Positions 1 to 12,010 of a DNA stretch of 64,000 nucleotides are shown one piece after another. This stretch comes from Klebsormidium nitens. Taxonomy: Eukaryota; Plantae; Klebsormidiophyceae. Made by a program: the position numbers and the translations under genes. Where the stretch lies: the NCBI GenBank assembly GCA_000708835.1, contig DF237218.1:1-64000 (forward strand), in the 5' to 3' direction. A model generated the notes under the pieces. That model worked only from the letters and a program-made list of their open reading frames with translations, ran no database searches and was not told the DNA's origin. Within the stretch, counting starts at the first letter, position 1; each line of letters begins with the position of its first letter.

Positions 1-1804
1 GAACCCTGTCCAACCGTCACAAATAGCCTTTTATGCGGACACTTTCACAAGCTAGCTAGGGTGGGTATCGGCCGAGTCAAATTTGACTCGGGTTGCGACA
101 ATTTTGTTATACCTATCGTCAGCGATACCGGCGGTTCGCGTCACGCAGACTCAGGATTCTGTTACTCGTACGGTACAATTACTCGGGTTTTTTTGCTCGG
201 CCGTGAGTAAGTGTCATGGAGTTGTAAGGCAGTGTTATGTTTTACACTTTGCAAGAAGCATCAAATTAGGGCTCAAGTAGGAGGCTCATGCAGCATTTAA
301 AAACCTTTGACATGCAAAAAACAATGTTGGGAGGGCGTCATTTGGGGTCCTTTGAAGCCCCAAGTTCATGTATTGTTGAGGACAAATCCCAAGAAGTAGC
401 ATACGAGGCGCAAAGTAGGCCGCCATTGTTGGTGCTTGAAAAGCGCCTTCTCTTACACTAGCCTTACAATCTTCTGCACTATCTTTTCGATCTTGGTACC
501 GCGGTACTCCCCCGTGGTTCAAGTCGGAAGTTTCGATCAAGACCATTAATTTTAAATTGGTCGATCGCGCAGACTCCGACGGTACGGTACCGCCGGAAAG
601 TATGGACTTTACCGTTGCGCGACTTGTCAGAAGATTGCCGATTTGTGAACTCGGAGCCGATTCTACAATTTCACCGAGTACGGTCGCCAGTACCAGTTAC
701 GTCAATTGTCGCAACGCGTGACACCGGTGTAACAAATTTGAAACCGAATTGTAACCCGGTCGATGCCGCCGAGACCCACCATAGGTTGCTTGTGTTTACT
801 AAGCCTGAGGCGCGTTGTTACTTTGCTCATTTCCGGTTGAAATGCATTAAAAGCCTGGTCACTGGTTGTCAGTGTTTCGGAGCAATTCAACACGTATGTG
901 AACTTAAGGACTTTCTAACGGATCTTGTTCGAGTTTGCCCACGGTATTAATGCATTGACGCCGGACCTTTGCAGCTCTGGTCATCACTGGCAAGTTTTAA
1001 GAAGTTTGGTACTGGATGTAACGGTTAAGCGCGGCCGCTTTCAATTCAATGATGATTTTGACTGCCAGGATTTCAAGTTTGAAGTAGTAGTCCGACTGCA
1101 TGGCGGCAAATGTAACTTAATGATTAAGTTACACGGGCCCGCGCGCAGGCCCGCGCTCCATCTGTCACGGCATCTGCTCAATTCTGAAACGATTAGTAGT
1201 AACCCGTATACTGGGTATCTGGACTAGTATTTCGTTGGATCAACGACCGCACTACGTACGCGGTCTGTGATACATGTTAAACCGTTGTGCAGTAGGGAAA
1301 ATTTGGACACTAGCTCGATCAATGTCTGTAGCTGCTCACTGACACTGTGGCCCACGGGGTGCCGCTGTGCTGAGTGGTGCAGAATGGCAATTCCCAGTTT
1401 TCACTGACAGTGACGGTATCTGACGGTGGAGAAAAACAGGGGGTTTAGCCCTTTTGAAACCTTTAAACAGCTAGTCAAACCGCTCGCCGGGCTTTTTAGA
1501 ACTTTTTAAAACAGGCATCATTCGGAAAGTCCAATTTGTAAAGGTTTCCTTGTTTTTATGGCGGCTATTCACACTCTATTCAACGGCTTGTCCTTAGAGC
1601 TCGTCATCTCGGTGCCCCCTGTAAGAAGGCCGGATCCTAGCAATAGTAAGCCTCAACATCAAAAAGCTGCCACCAAAACCCTAAAACCCATTTCCAAGAT
1701 GAAATCGGACCCACCTCGTACCGCCTGTACCGCCTATATATTGCAATATTGTAAACCTTAGTAAAACCATAAAACCGAGCGATTGCTGCCTACATGCAGT
1801 ATTA

Positions 1805-2059
1805 CCCGTAGAGACATTCCTTATTCGCACTAAATTAATTATATTTAGGCCTTGCGAAAAATAAAAAACTAAGTATCGACTCAGGTGCGAAAACGCGAAA
1901 AGAAAATAAATCCTCTGGCAGCCCAAAAAGTGGCAAAACTAGGGCAAAAAAGCCAAAAACGAAAATTTTAATATAAATTCGACGATGCTGGAGCGAAATG
2001 ACAAAACCTTCAAAAATAAATATTCGCAAGGTGGTGCGAATTAGGAATGTCTCTACGGG
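1805..2059. mobile_element. MITE-like non-autonomous DNA transposon, 255 bp, TA-flanked (Tc1/mariner-type)
   Basis: 1803-1830 TACCCGTAGAGACATTCCTTATTCGCAC is the reverse complement of 2034-2061 GTGCGAATTAGGAATGTCTCTACGGGTA with 1 mismatch. TA lies on both sides, and the interior is AT-rich and non-coding. Confidence 0.8.
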
Positions 2060-5000
2060 TATGTTTATATTCGGAATGGACCGAATGAATCAATACCGTC
2101 CAGGTACGGTAGTGGTACGGATCAGCAATTCAGTGTATAGGGTATGAGGGTATCACGGCCCAGGGGGGACGATAACCCCCACACTAACCACGACCTTGTA
2201 CCGTACTGCCAGCAAACCATTATTTGACCATGTTTGTCACATCAAGTGGTATGTCACTGTGCTTTCAACCTACCGGTACAATATTTGACTTTAAAGTGCA
2301 ATCATGAGGCTGACTAATATATTTCTATCCCAGATTGTTTGTGATCGTTTTCAAAACTGGGGTTCCAGATCTGGACAAACGAAGTGACATGTGCGTCAAG
2401 GGTTCAAGAGTCAAAATGGACCTTGAAAAGGCCGGGAATCTCTGCATGTCGCATTTTGTTTTGCGACCTGTTCAATAGCACGTTAAACTTTTTGTTGTTA
2501 AAACATTTTGTTGATAACCTCTTTTCGACGCAGCATCAAGGCTCAAGTGCATTATGCTTCATGACGATACATGAGCAGGAAATACCGGGCCGATGGTGCT
2601 AAGTCGTGTCCGTACTCACGATCTTCAATTTCAGAGCGACATAACCCGAGGGTCAGCACAGTAACAGCTACATACCGTGCGTGCGGTTATTAAACATGAA
2701 CCTCTCGCTGGTTAGCGTGACAGCGTCCTAGGTTGCCACAACTTGCCAGTCGGTCCGCTTGGGCCTGCCGCCTTGCCACTTGGACTGCCTCGGCTGGACG
2801 CAATAAGTCTGCTCAAATGGTCCTGGTCGGATGGCACCACTTCTCGCGATCATGAAGTTCGTCTTCTTGTAGGTAGGCCCACTGGCCAAGTAATGTAAGC
2901 TTGTGTTAGGCGTCCCGGTAATAGTACTATGTTTCAAACCACATTAGTAGAGACATTGCATACGGTACTTGCAAGTCACGTGTGTATTATTAACCAGCAC
3001 CTTCCGGTTATATCGTACTGAATACTACTGATGACTCATGTGGAGAGACCCCCCGGGCCCCGAGCATTCGATGATAACCGACCCAGTCCCACCGGGCCCG
3101 GCTTGTCCTGTGTCGAGCGTCCGGGCTCGATATTTTCGGTAGCTGCGCGCGCATAAATGCTCGGTGCTGTTCGCCTCCAATTTGGTCCAGACTCGACTCC
3201 AGAGGAAGCTATCAACACACCTGGAGGCGGATGTTGCTCCCGACTCCCGAGTCCAGCCAGCACTGCAGGACTCGAGTCTCGCGAGCCTCCGCCGCCGGCC
3301 CGCGTACACGAGCAACTTGCGAGCCTGTGACCCGGGCAGCGTTTCTCCGGTCGTGTAAAACCGTCATTGTCACCGAGCTCCGCGCAATAACCTGGGCGAG
3401 GCGAGGAGGCGCCCGGCGGCCCAGGCCCCGGGGGCATCATTATTTCCGAGTCATGCTCCCCTGGATGCTACCCTGACACTACCCCTGCGTCGGATTATGG
3501 ATTGATGGCCTGTCAGAAATCGGATTGCGCTGCTTCAATGCTGCCATGCTGCCAAGTCTGCCGCCCTCCAAACTCCTGAGCGAATTTCGCTTTGACTGAC
3601 GTCAGCGTCAAACCAAGTCAGACCTTGTTCATGGCGGAAGAGAAGAGAAGACGGAGTCCGGACTGACGTAGGGTGCCCTGCTTGGAAATGCTCACGTTCA
3701 TGTTGCCTTGGTGAGGGGAAACTTTGTTCAATACGTCGTAGCTGGTAGCTCCTTGAGAAGACAACCATGCTACTTGGGTTAACGCGAAGTGGTGGAGCAA
3801 GATGCACCGACGGTATGGTTGCAGCTCGTGAGTCGGGGGCCGAAGGCGGTTTGAATATGCATGATGGTGCGAAGTCGCCCCAGGTTAGGTATCGGACTAG
3901 GCCCGTTTTGCTGAGAACAGCTCAGCAAGAAGCAGAAGATTCACTGCTTGCAACCTTGGTCTTGATTGTACGGGCCCTTTGAAGCCAGTTGTGGTGAAAG
4001 GTTCTTGGATAAGCTGGACCACCTTCTGCAGGACCGGCAAAGAACTCTTGCTGATCCAAACGATTTAGGCAGAGCCTGGTGGGATTCGCAGCAGAGAGCT
4101 TGCAGAATGAACCCAGCGGAGGTTGTTGCAGGTAAGCCAGCACGTGCTCACTGTGTTTCTTGGCTACGTGGGAAATGACAAGAGTCTTGTGCTTGGATGC
4201 TGGCGTAGAAAAGGTTTAGCATATGTATTTGCTTTTGCAATGGAGATTGCCTTTGGATAGGCCTTGCTGACATCGCTGCGCGTTAAGGTTCAGCTCCAGG
4301 TTGCTGTCTCATTACGTTGCTTGCTCCATCTTCTTCAAAAGGTTTTGGCTTGACTGTCAAAACCCTGGCTCAAGATTCTGTTTACTTTTCTCTTTGATTT
4401 TAGCAGTCTTGTGTTGTCAGATGCCACCGTTGGGTATTGCTTGGGGTCCACTATTTCCCAACCATTAGTCATCGTGTAGGCTTATGAGCATCTTCCAGAG
4501 TTCCTGAAAAGAGAGGGGAGGAATTTCAGGAAACTGCCTTAGATGATCTAAAATAGAACCTTGATTTTCCGCTCGAGTTGCAAGTACCCTTTCAAAAAGC
4601 AATAAGCAAGTGCTGTGTCGGGCTGTCTTGCATTCGCAAGGGCCTCAGAATCAAAAAGGGGACATCAGTTCTCAGAATAGATGTCATCAGCTGCGATTGC
4701 AAGGGCCGGAATTAGAGGATTTTCAGTGGAGGACTGAGCAGACTTAAGATTGCATTGCCGTTTGGCTTGTTTGCCAGATGGAGGCTACATTGCCTCCAAA
4801 ATGCCCTGGCCAAGATGAAAAGTACACGCTGTTGTTGATGCTACTGCCTGCTCAGCATCAAATGCAAGGTGGCAAGCGTTGCTTTGTGTCAACTCCGAGT
4901 CACCTGCTCAGTCCCTCTTCGCCCTGCTGCATTAAGACTAGCGACGAGAGTTGGCCTTGAGAAACAGGGAGCCCCTGGGAGATTGCCGCAGCTGACTTCC

Positions 5001-5729
5001 TTGGGGCAAACTTCAAGGACCGACTTTTGTCAGGGCCATATGGATCATACAACGGCAAACCCCCGAGTGTTCACCCTTTATTCAAACGTTGTCCACTGGG
5101 TCACTGAAGGCTGGTAGAGGAGTCCTACTTCCCAAGGAAAGGGCCTCCATCTTCAGCTTGCCCTTTGCTCTGCCTAGTCCTTCATGTCTCGAGCACTTTT
5201 ACAGGCACACCTGACTCTGCACCACTTGTTCTGCAGCCACACAGGTCTGCAGCCAGGCCCCCCATCGGGCATGGTCCTTCCCCACTTCTGCAGAATGAGA
5301 GCACGGCCTTAGCGATCCCCCCACACACCATCAGACTGTCTGATCACAAGCCGCACCTGTCCTTCCGTGAGAGCGTGGGGCTGGGGCTTGCAAAGACAGC
5401 GCAACAACTGCGGCAAACACAGCGCAACGGCAGGGGCCAGTAGGCAGGCGCCTCTGCAATTGGGGCTGGGCTCCCTACCAACTTTACAGACTGGCGGGAC
5501 TAGGCATGGGGAGGCTTCTGGCCAAGTCTGGCAAAGGCTAGCCTCCACCTAGATGTGTGTGTCAGGCAGGGGGCCCGTCTCTCCCGCGTTGCTTCGTTGA
5601 ATAGGAGAGGTGCTCGTTCCAGGTCAAGCACGGGGTGTGTCGCCTCCATCAGGAGCGGCCCCCAGCTCAGTCAGTCAGACTCCGGTCCACATTGTCCGCC
5701 TGAGGCGCGCGTGGGCACATCACGCCACA

Positions 5730-8700
5730 ATGGCGAAGACGGCCAACAACTCGTTTGGGAGCGACACGAGCGGCATCGTGATCTGGAAGCACAACACGAT
5801 GGGCCACATGGACAGCAGCGTGGAGGAGGCCATCGCGCGCCTCGTCAGGAAGCAGCAGGAGGGCCTCGTCAACTCGCAGTCCCTCGTCTCCTTTGCCTCC
5901 GAGGTGAGCCACCTCTACCTGCCTGCTGCCCTACCGAGAGCATTGCTTTCTCAAAAAATGGTTAGGCGCTCTCGTTCTCCGCAAAGTTTGCCGTGGAGGC
6001 CTTGTAGCCAGTACTGGCTGCATCGATTTGGGGCCTCTTGAAAATTGGGAGGGGCATTGTTCTGCTTCTGCTTTTCTAGAATGTTGTTTGATGGAAGCCT
6101 GTCCTCAGCAATTTTGCCTCTTGACCTTGCCCTGCTGTGTGTCAGCTTCGAAGCAGGCCCAATGCTGTTGTCTTGCCTGCCGTCTTCCAGGATCATGTCT
6201 GCTGCTCCATCCATTCTTTCTGCTCCTTTTTTCCTGATGGGGCTTCATCCTCTGTTTGGGCAGCCACACCTCTACTCCTGAAAGCACTTGTCTGCTTCTG
6301 AGTGCTAAATTACAGCGTTTCTCTGTCAGTCTTGTGACTGGGCTTGCAGCCTCCGCACACCTTAAGTTCAGCTTTTCAAGGTCAGGTGTCTCAAACCGAT
6401 CTTTAGGTCATCCAAGTAGCTGGAGTCATGGACATCTTGGAGCCATCCGGCCCACCTTTTTTTTGAGACAATGTGCCCAGGACACGGGCTGCCGTGCGTT
6501 CATTCTTTTGTGCATCCCCAGGGGGTACTGTTGGTTGGCACTCTGCTCATAAAGTGCCCTCACCGTGCCACTTGTCAAGGAGATTGTGCTTGACACCTCC
6601 AAATGACCTGGCCCTGTGCTTCGGCTGATGGTTTGATATCTGCGCTTTTGCTACTTCCTTTTCGCACTCTCTTTCAGCGGCAGTTCATGTTCTATGGTTC
6701 TCTGCTGACAATGGTCCGCGCCCATCCTTTGTGATACTGCTTCTTCCGCGCCAGCTTCGGTCTGCACAGACAAGCAAGAAAGTCCTTGAAGCGTGTGCGA
6801 TTGACAGGATACGATGCGGCCGATGCAATCATTGTGACATTCCCTGTTTTCTCCTTGAGAGGCTTGTTCCAACTCTAAAGGGTGGACTGTTGGTCCAGTC
6901 AAGCTAATCTCTGCACTCAGATTTCGCCAGACACATCCGTTTATTATAGCATGTGGTAGGAATAGCATTTTAACTACAGGAAGGACGTTTCTTGGTGAGG
7001 GATTGTCAAGGTTCAGAGGGGCCCTTCCAATAATGAAGAAAGCTTCTCATTGAGAGTGCAATCTTTTTCAGACGTTGACAATGTTCTGAGGCCATTGATG
7101 TGGCCATCTGAGACTCTGAAGACTATGTTGCTTGCTGAAACACCATGTCGATGCACCTCGGGGATTTCGTATGTGCTTTCTTATGGTTATGGAGAGCTTG
7201 GTTAAGATTGCTAATTGCTGGTGTGTCGGGCTCCCGGCTTTTTCTTGAATCCATTCGCCATGCAGGCCACTTGAAACTTCTGCTTGATCCCAAGCAGGGC
7301 CTTTGGGGGAGTTGAGGCTTTTCTTGTGTCAACTTGCTGAGCATTGACACCTTTGGACCACAAGAGCAAACACTACATCCTCCCCTCCCCAGAGTGTTGA
7401 GATCTAATCTGTACCCTGTCAGAGCTGCAGGATAACGGGTAAAAATGGCTGAAAAACGGCAGAGAGAAAGAGTTGCAACGAAAGGGTTGCTTGGGATGCG
7501 GTTTGACGGGACAAGGTGTCATTTCCGGTGCCAGTGCGTTCTTCCCTTGACCTACTATGCCTCAGGCCCTTGGTGAAAGATTATGCCCTCTGACTGTGTA
7601 TCTCTTACCTGAACGACGGACTATGAATCTTTCTTCACAACCTTCCTACCAGTGAATCCCCTCGCTTCACTAGTTGCTTGCAGTAGAGCAGCGCAGTAGC
7701 GTGCAGAGTGCTTCTTCTTTGGTGCAGAAAACCAGTCTTCCCTGCCTTCCAGTCTCCACTGCTCCCTCCCTGCTTCTCCTTGCAGTCCGCCGTGGTGGAC
7801 AAGCCCAAGAAAGGCTTCCTCAAGCGCTTCCTGGCGTTTGGCAAGAAGGACTCCAGCGAGGGCGGCTCCAGCGAGCCGGTGGGCGGGCTGGTGATCAAAG
7901 ACAAGAGCAGCTCCTTCGAGACGAGCCGCTCGCGCGGCAGCTCCACGGAGGACATCCGGCAAGGCAGGTCCGAGTTCCGCGTGTTCCGTGACGGGAAAGG
8001 TGCCGCCGTCGTTGCGCGCTCGGATGGGCGCAATTTCAAGGACCTCGCCAAAAAAGCACGCGAGGTGAGTCGGGAGGGATGATTCGTTTCAAAAGAGTGG
8101 GGGGATGTAAGAGGAAGAGGTGACGAAATCCTTCTAAATAGGTTCAGATTTGACGTACTTTGCGCATGACTTTGATACTTCAAATGTGGGTAGTGGTCGA
8201 GTTTGAGGCGTTTCTGTAAAGATTGACCTTAACGTGGTCAGGTTGGGACCCAGCCCTTGAAAGTCGACCATGGATGCAGAGGGCGATTTGACATGACGAG
8301 CCGTTAGGAACTTTGCAAGGAAGCCCGGGTTGTTTGACGAGGGCATCTACCAGTTCGCATCGCTGCAGAATGAAAGCAGGACGATTGTTCAGGGTCTTCC
8401 TTCGGATTTTGCAAGGGTTGAGGTTTTCGTTGCCCCTCGATTGAGCTGCCGGTGTGTTCTGCATATAAGATGGATAAGGAGAAGACGGAAATCCTTGGCA
8501 TCCTTTTCCTTGCGTCAGACAATATGGATACGACCAGCCGGCGCCTTCCTTAGTCCCAACCTTTTTAGTTGCTCTCGTGTCCTCATTTTTCCTTGTTCCG
8601 CTTCTGCAATCGTCCAGTTCGTCTACCCGACTCCGAAAACGCAGCCCAAGGACACGTGTCAAGGCCCAGGTCAACTGCTGGGCCAGAGGCAACAAAATAC

Positions 8701-11700
8701 TTGCAGGAGCTCATGAATCGCCATTTGGAGCAGCACATAAGATCGTTGTTCCACATTCTAGTACTTGCTTTGTCATTCATGTGCCTACAGCATCCGCCCT
8801 TCTCTGTGCCAAGCTCGTGCCCAGTAGAACAAATCTGAACCCGAGAAACGATTATGAGATGACGCGCTCATGACCTGTGCGCCCCTCGTTCCGTGCAGGC
8901 TGGCTTTCCCGACCTGGCCCGCCAGATTGAGACGGCAGAGCCACGCCAGCCGCGCCTCAACTCGTCACGCAACGGCCGCGGTGCTCATCCGACTCCGAGC
9001 GAGATCATTGATCGTGTACGTGCACGGAATAAGGAGCGCATGGGGCGCAGCGTAAGCGGGAGTGCGTCTACTGCGGAGGCGCAATTCTATGGCGAGATCC
9101 CGATCCGCAGCGCAGAGGACCTCAAGGCGCACCGCGCAGAGCTTGCAAAGAACCGAAGTGAGAGGCGCTCTGACAGTTGTCTGTTGAGGGGCTTCAGTTC
9201 TGGTGGTTCTGGTTCCCCCGTTTCAGGGTCTGCAAAAGTCTTTGTGCCCAAGCCCTGAGGCGGGTGCTTTTGCAGCTGGTCATTCTGTCGTGCTTCTGAA
9301 AGTTCTTTTTCAAGAAGGCCCCAGTTGGGTGTACGTATCTCAGCACGAGACCAGTTCACTCAGAAACTAGTTCTCTCCTTTTCGGCGCCATCCCTCACTC
9401 CTTAAAAACGTGTACCTTCACTTGTCCGTGGCCATCTCTCGTCTGCTTCTCTGTAAGGGATTTGCAGCAGCCAGGAACGTTGACGAGTCTGCCTCCGGCT
9501 CTCTTGTTGTCCACCTCTTGTCGTCCCAGCTTCGCGTTTCCGTTCCTAGATCGGACAAGCATTTGAAGCCGTGAGGTCGACACTTTCAACGCCAGAAGAG
9601 TGACCATTCTGGACGAGTGGCCGTCTGCCCGGGATTCGTATACTTCACAGTCGAAGCACGGTTGGAGCAGTTGCTTTCAACTTTCCAACGCCTGACCTCA
9701 AAATTCTAGAGCCATACTCCCCCGGAAATGTCGGTTTTCGTGCTTCAGAGCTCACCTGTCCGCCCCTCGTTTTGCAGATCGGCTGGCTGCCCTGAAGCAG
9801 AAGGAGGCTCTGGTAGAAGCTGACCAGAAGGGGACGGACGAAGCGGGCGAGCCCCCGAGCCGTAGAGAGTCTCTGCAGCCGCTCGAAAGCCTGGAAAGGT
9901 GCGCGCGCAATCCTCTTCTGCATTTTTTGGCTGAAAGGCGCAGACCTCCTGAGCTGTGCGCATCGCTGTGCCGCACATTAACATGCTGGACTTGCTCGCA
10001 GAATGAATGAGCAGGGTGCCGGTAGGGAAGAAGTTTTACGTCCCAAGCCCCTTCGCCTTCTTCTCTGGCCGGTCTAGTATCCCTGACGGTCGGTCAGGAG
10101 CATGTGTAAAAACAACCACCACGGAAACGGCTAGGGCGGCCTTGAAAAGTGCAGACGACACTTAGAAATTTTCCAGGTCCAGTTGTTCCGACCGATTGTA
10201 CATTTCCTGACATAGATTCGACATGATCCCAACGTATTTAGCACATGCTCGATATGCCCAAGTCCAGATTGTGTTTTGTGTGTTCCCGCTCTTGCGAAAC
10301 AGCCGCGAGCCCCCTTGAGCGCTGACCCCGTTGCGCCGCTTGTCCGCAGGGCTGCCATGGTGCACAACTGGCTGCAGAGCGGCAACATCACGGGCAACCC
10401 CGTCCTGTACCCGGACCCCTCCCCCGAGGGCCCCGGTGTGCCCACCAGCGTCGGCCCGCCCCCCCACCTCGCGCTCTCGCCCGGGGACGCCCCTGTCCCC
10501 GACCTGCTGGAGCTGGAGGACCGGGTGCTTTTCAGCCAGAAGCAGACGGAAGAGGGCCTCTTGACTGCCCCCGGAAAGGGCCTCCGGCCGCAGGGAGGGA
10601 GTCCCGGGGAGGCCGACAAGCCGGTCGGGGCCGCCCTGCTTGACCGTTCAAGCTTCACCGCTCGCGCAGACTGCGAAGGGGGCAAGCTCGAGGGGCCGGA
10701 GGGGGCCCCCGGGGCGAAAGGCGCGGTGGCGCGGAACCGGAGTCCGTTGACGAAGCCGCCAGGTTCGCGCAAGTCCCAGGAGCAGCGGTTCTTGGGGGGG
10801 GCCGGGTCTATGATGCGCTCGGCGAGTGACCGGCCCGCGAGCGGGGAGAATGGGGAGGGGCCGCGGACGGGTCTACTCCGGACCACGTCCGAAATCGCCG
10901 GGCTGGTGCACTTGCGACAGGCTTTCGACTCGGGTGTGGGGCCCCTAGAGGCCGAGCCAGGCTCGGGAAAAGGCCGCCTCTCGGACGGACTTCGACCGTC
11001 ACTTCGGACTGAGCGGGGAGGCGGCCTGGCGCCCGGGGGTTCTCCCGTTCCCTGGGGAGGCTTCGTAGCCGAAGTCGGGCCGGGGCGCGCCAAGACGCCG
11101 GAGCCAGTTGGGCTGGAGCCGAGCCCCCAGCCGGGGGTGCTCGTTACCCCAATGAAGGGGCTCGGGCTTGAGCCAAAGCGGGCCTCGCCGAGCGGGCTCG
11201 CGTGGTCGCCTCTAGAAAAGGGAAGTCCGCTGCAGAGCCCACGGCCCCTTCCCGGCCCGGTGGATGACATCAGCCCCCGCCCCAAAATGGTGCGGCAATC
11301 GAGCGGCAGGTCGGAGCCGCGGCAGGAGGCGGCCTCAGGCGAGGACGAGGAGCGGTACGACCCGGCGCAGTGGCACAAGTACCTGCAAACACGCTTGGCG
11401 CAAGTGCTGCCCAACCTGTAAGGCTTGCTCTCGAGAAGCGTTCTTCTTGTGCCCAGCTGGATTCATCAGACATGTTGCGAGTGCTGAAGTCGGGCAGCGT
11501 TCTAAAAATATGCGCTGCTTGGCTCCCACAGACCCTCACCGAAGAGCGACTTTTGGGTCAAGTACGACTTTCTCTCGGACTGCGGACTGCTGATTGTTGC
11601 CCCAGGTACGCGGCTGCAAGCAGTCTGATGGAGTGTGGGGTTGCGTCTTTCGCAGGTCGAGTGAGGCACCGCAAGAAGTACTCGTAGGAGGCCGGGCGGC

Positions 11701-12010
11701 CCCACCCGGTGGGGACATCCCGGGGAGGAAAGACGCGCTACCACTGCCGCTGCCCCCGGGTCTCCATCCCCTGCCCCCGGCTCTGCATCCCCTTCCACCG
11801 TCATCTGGGCCTCCAAACTGGCCGTTTAAGATCGTCGATCAATCTCCTTACGATTTTGACGCTTCGGGGGGAGCCACCCCCAGAAGTTCGGCGTCCTTTT
11901 TAAGTGAACTACCGCATAGTCCGAGCAGTCCCCTGATGGACCTGCTCTTATCCCCTCATGGAGCGCACGCGGTAGAAGCGTGGCACGTGCCTCCAGCCTA
12001 TAGTGGTTGA
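5730..12010 (+). CDS. Hypothetical protein, ~751 aa, 6 exons, largely low-complexity/disordered
   Basis: Exons 5730-5903, 7786-8064, 8899-9157, 9778-9898, 10350-11417, 11656-12010. All introns are GT..AG, phases join in one frame (total 2256 nt), and exons have GC-rich codon usage. No family recognised. The start could lie further upstream because the frame is open from about 5610. Confidence 0.7.

Noticed and set aside
1675-1689. AAAACCCTAAAACCC telomere-like (TTTTAGGG) motif
   Set aside because: It has fewer than two full units and is too short to call an interstitial telomeric array.
3030-3452. Possible imperfect TIR pair (ATGACTC...CCCCCGGG)
   Set aside because: The match is limited to two short blocks with a mismatched middle, and there is no TSD.
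10131-11414. 427-aa minus-strand ORF
   Set aside because: It is the antisense shadow of the GC-rich exon 10350-11417.
11418-11421. Stop codon ending the 381-aa ORF at 11421 as the gene end
   Set aside because: A strong GTAAGG donor at 11418 joins in frame to the acceptor at 11655, so the gene more likely continues to 12010.
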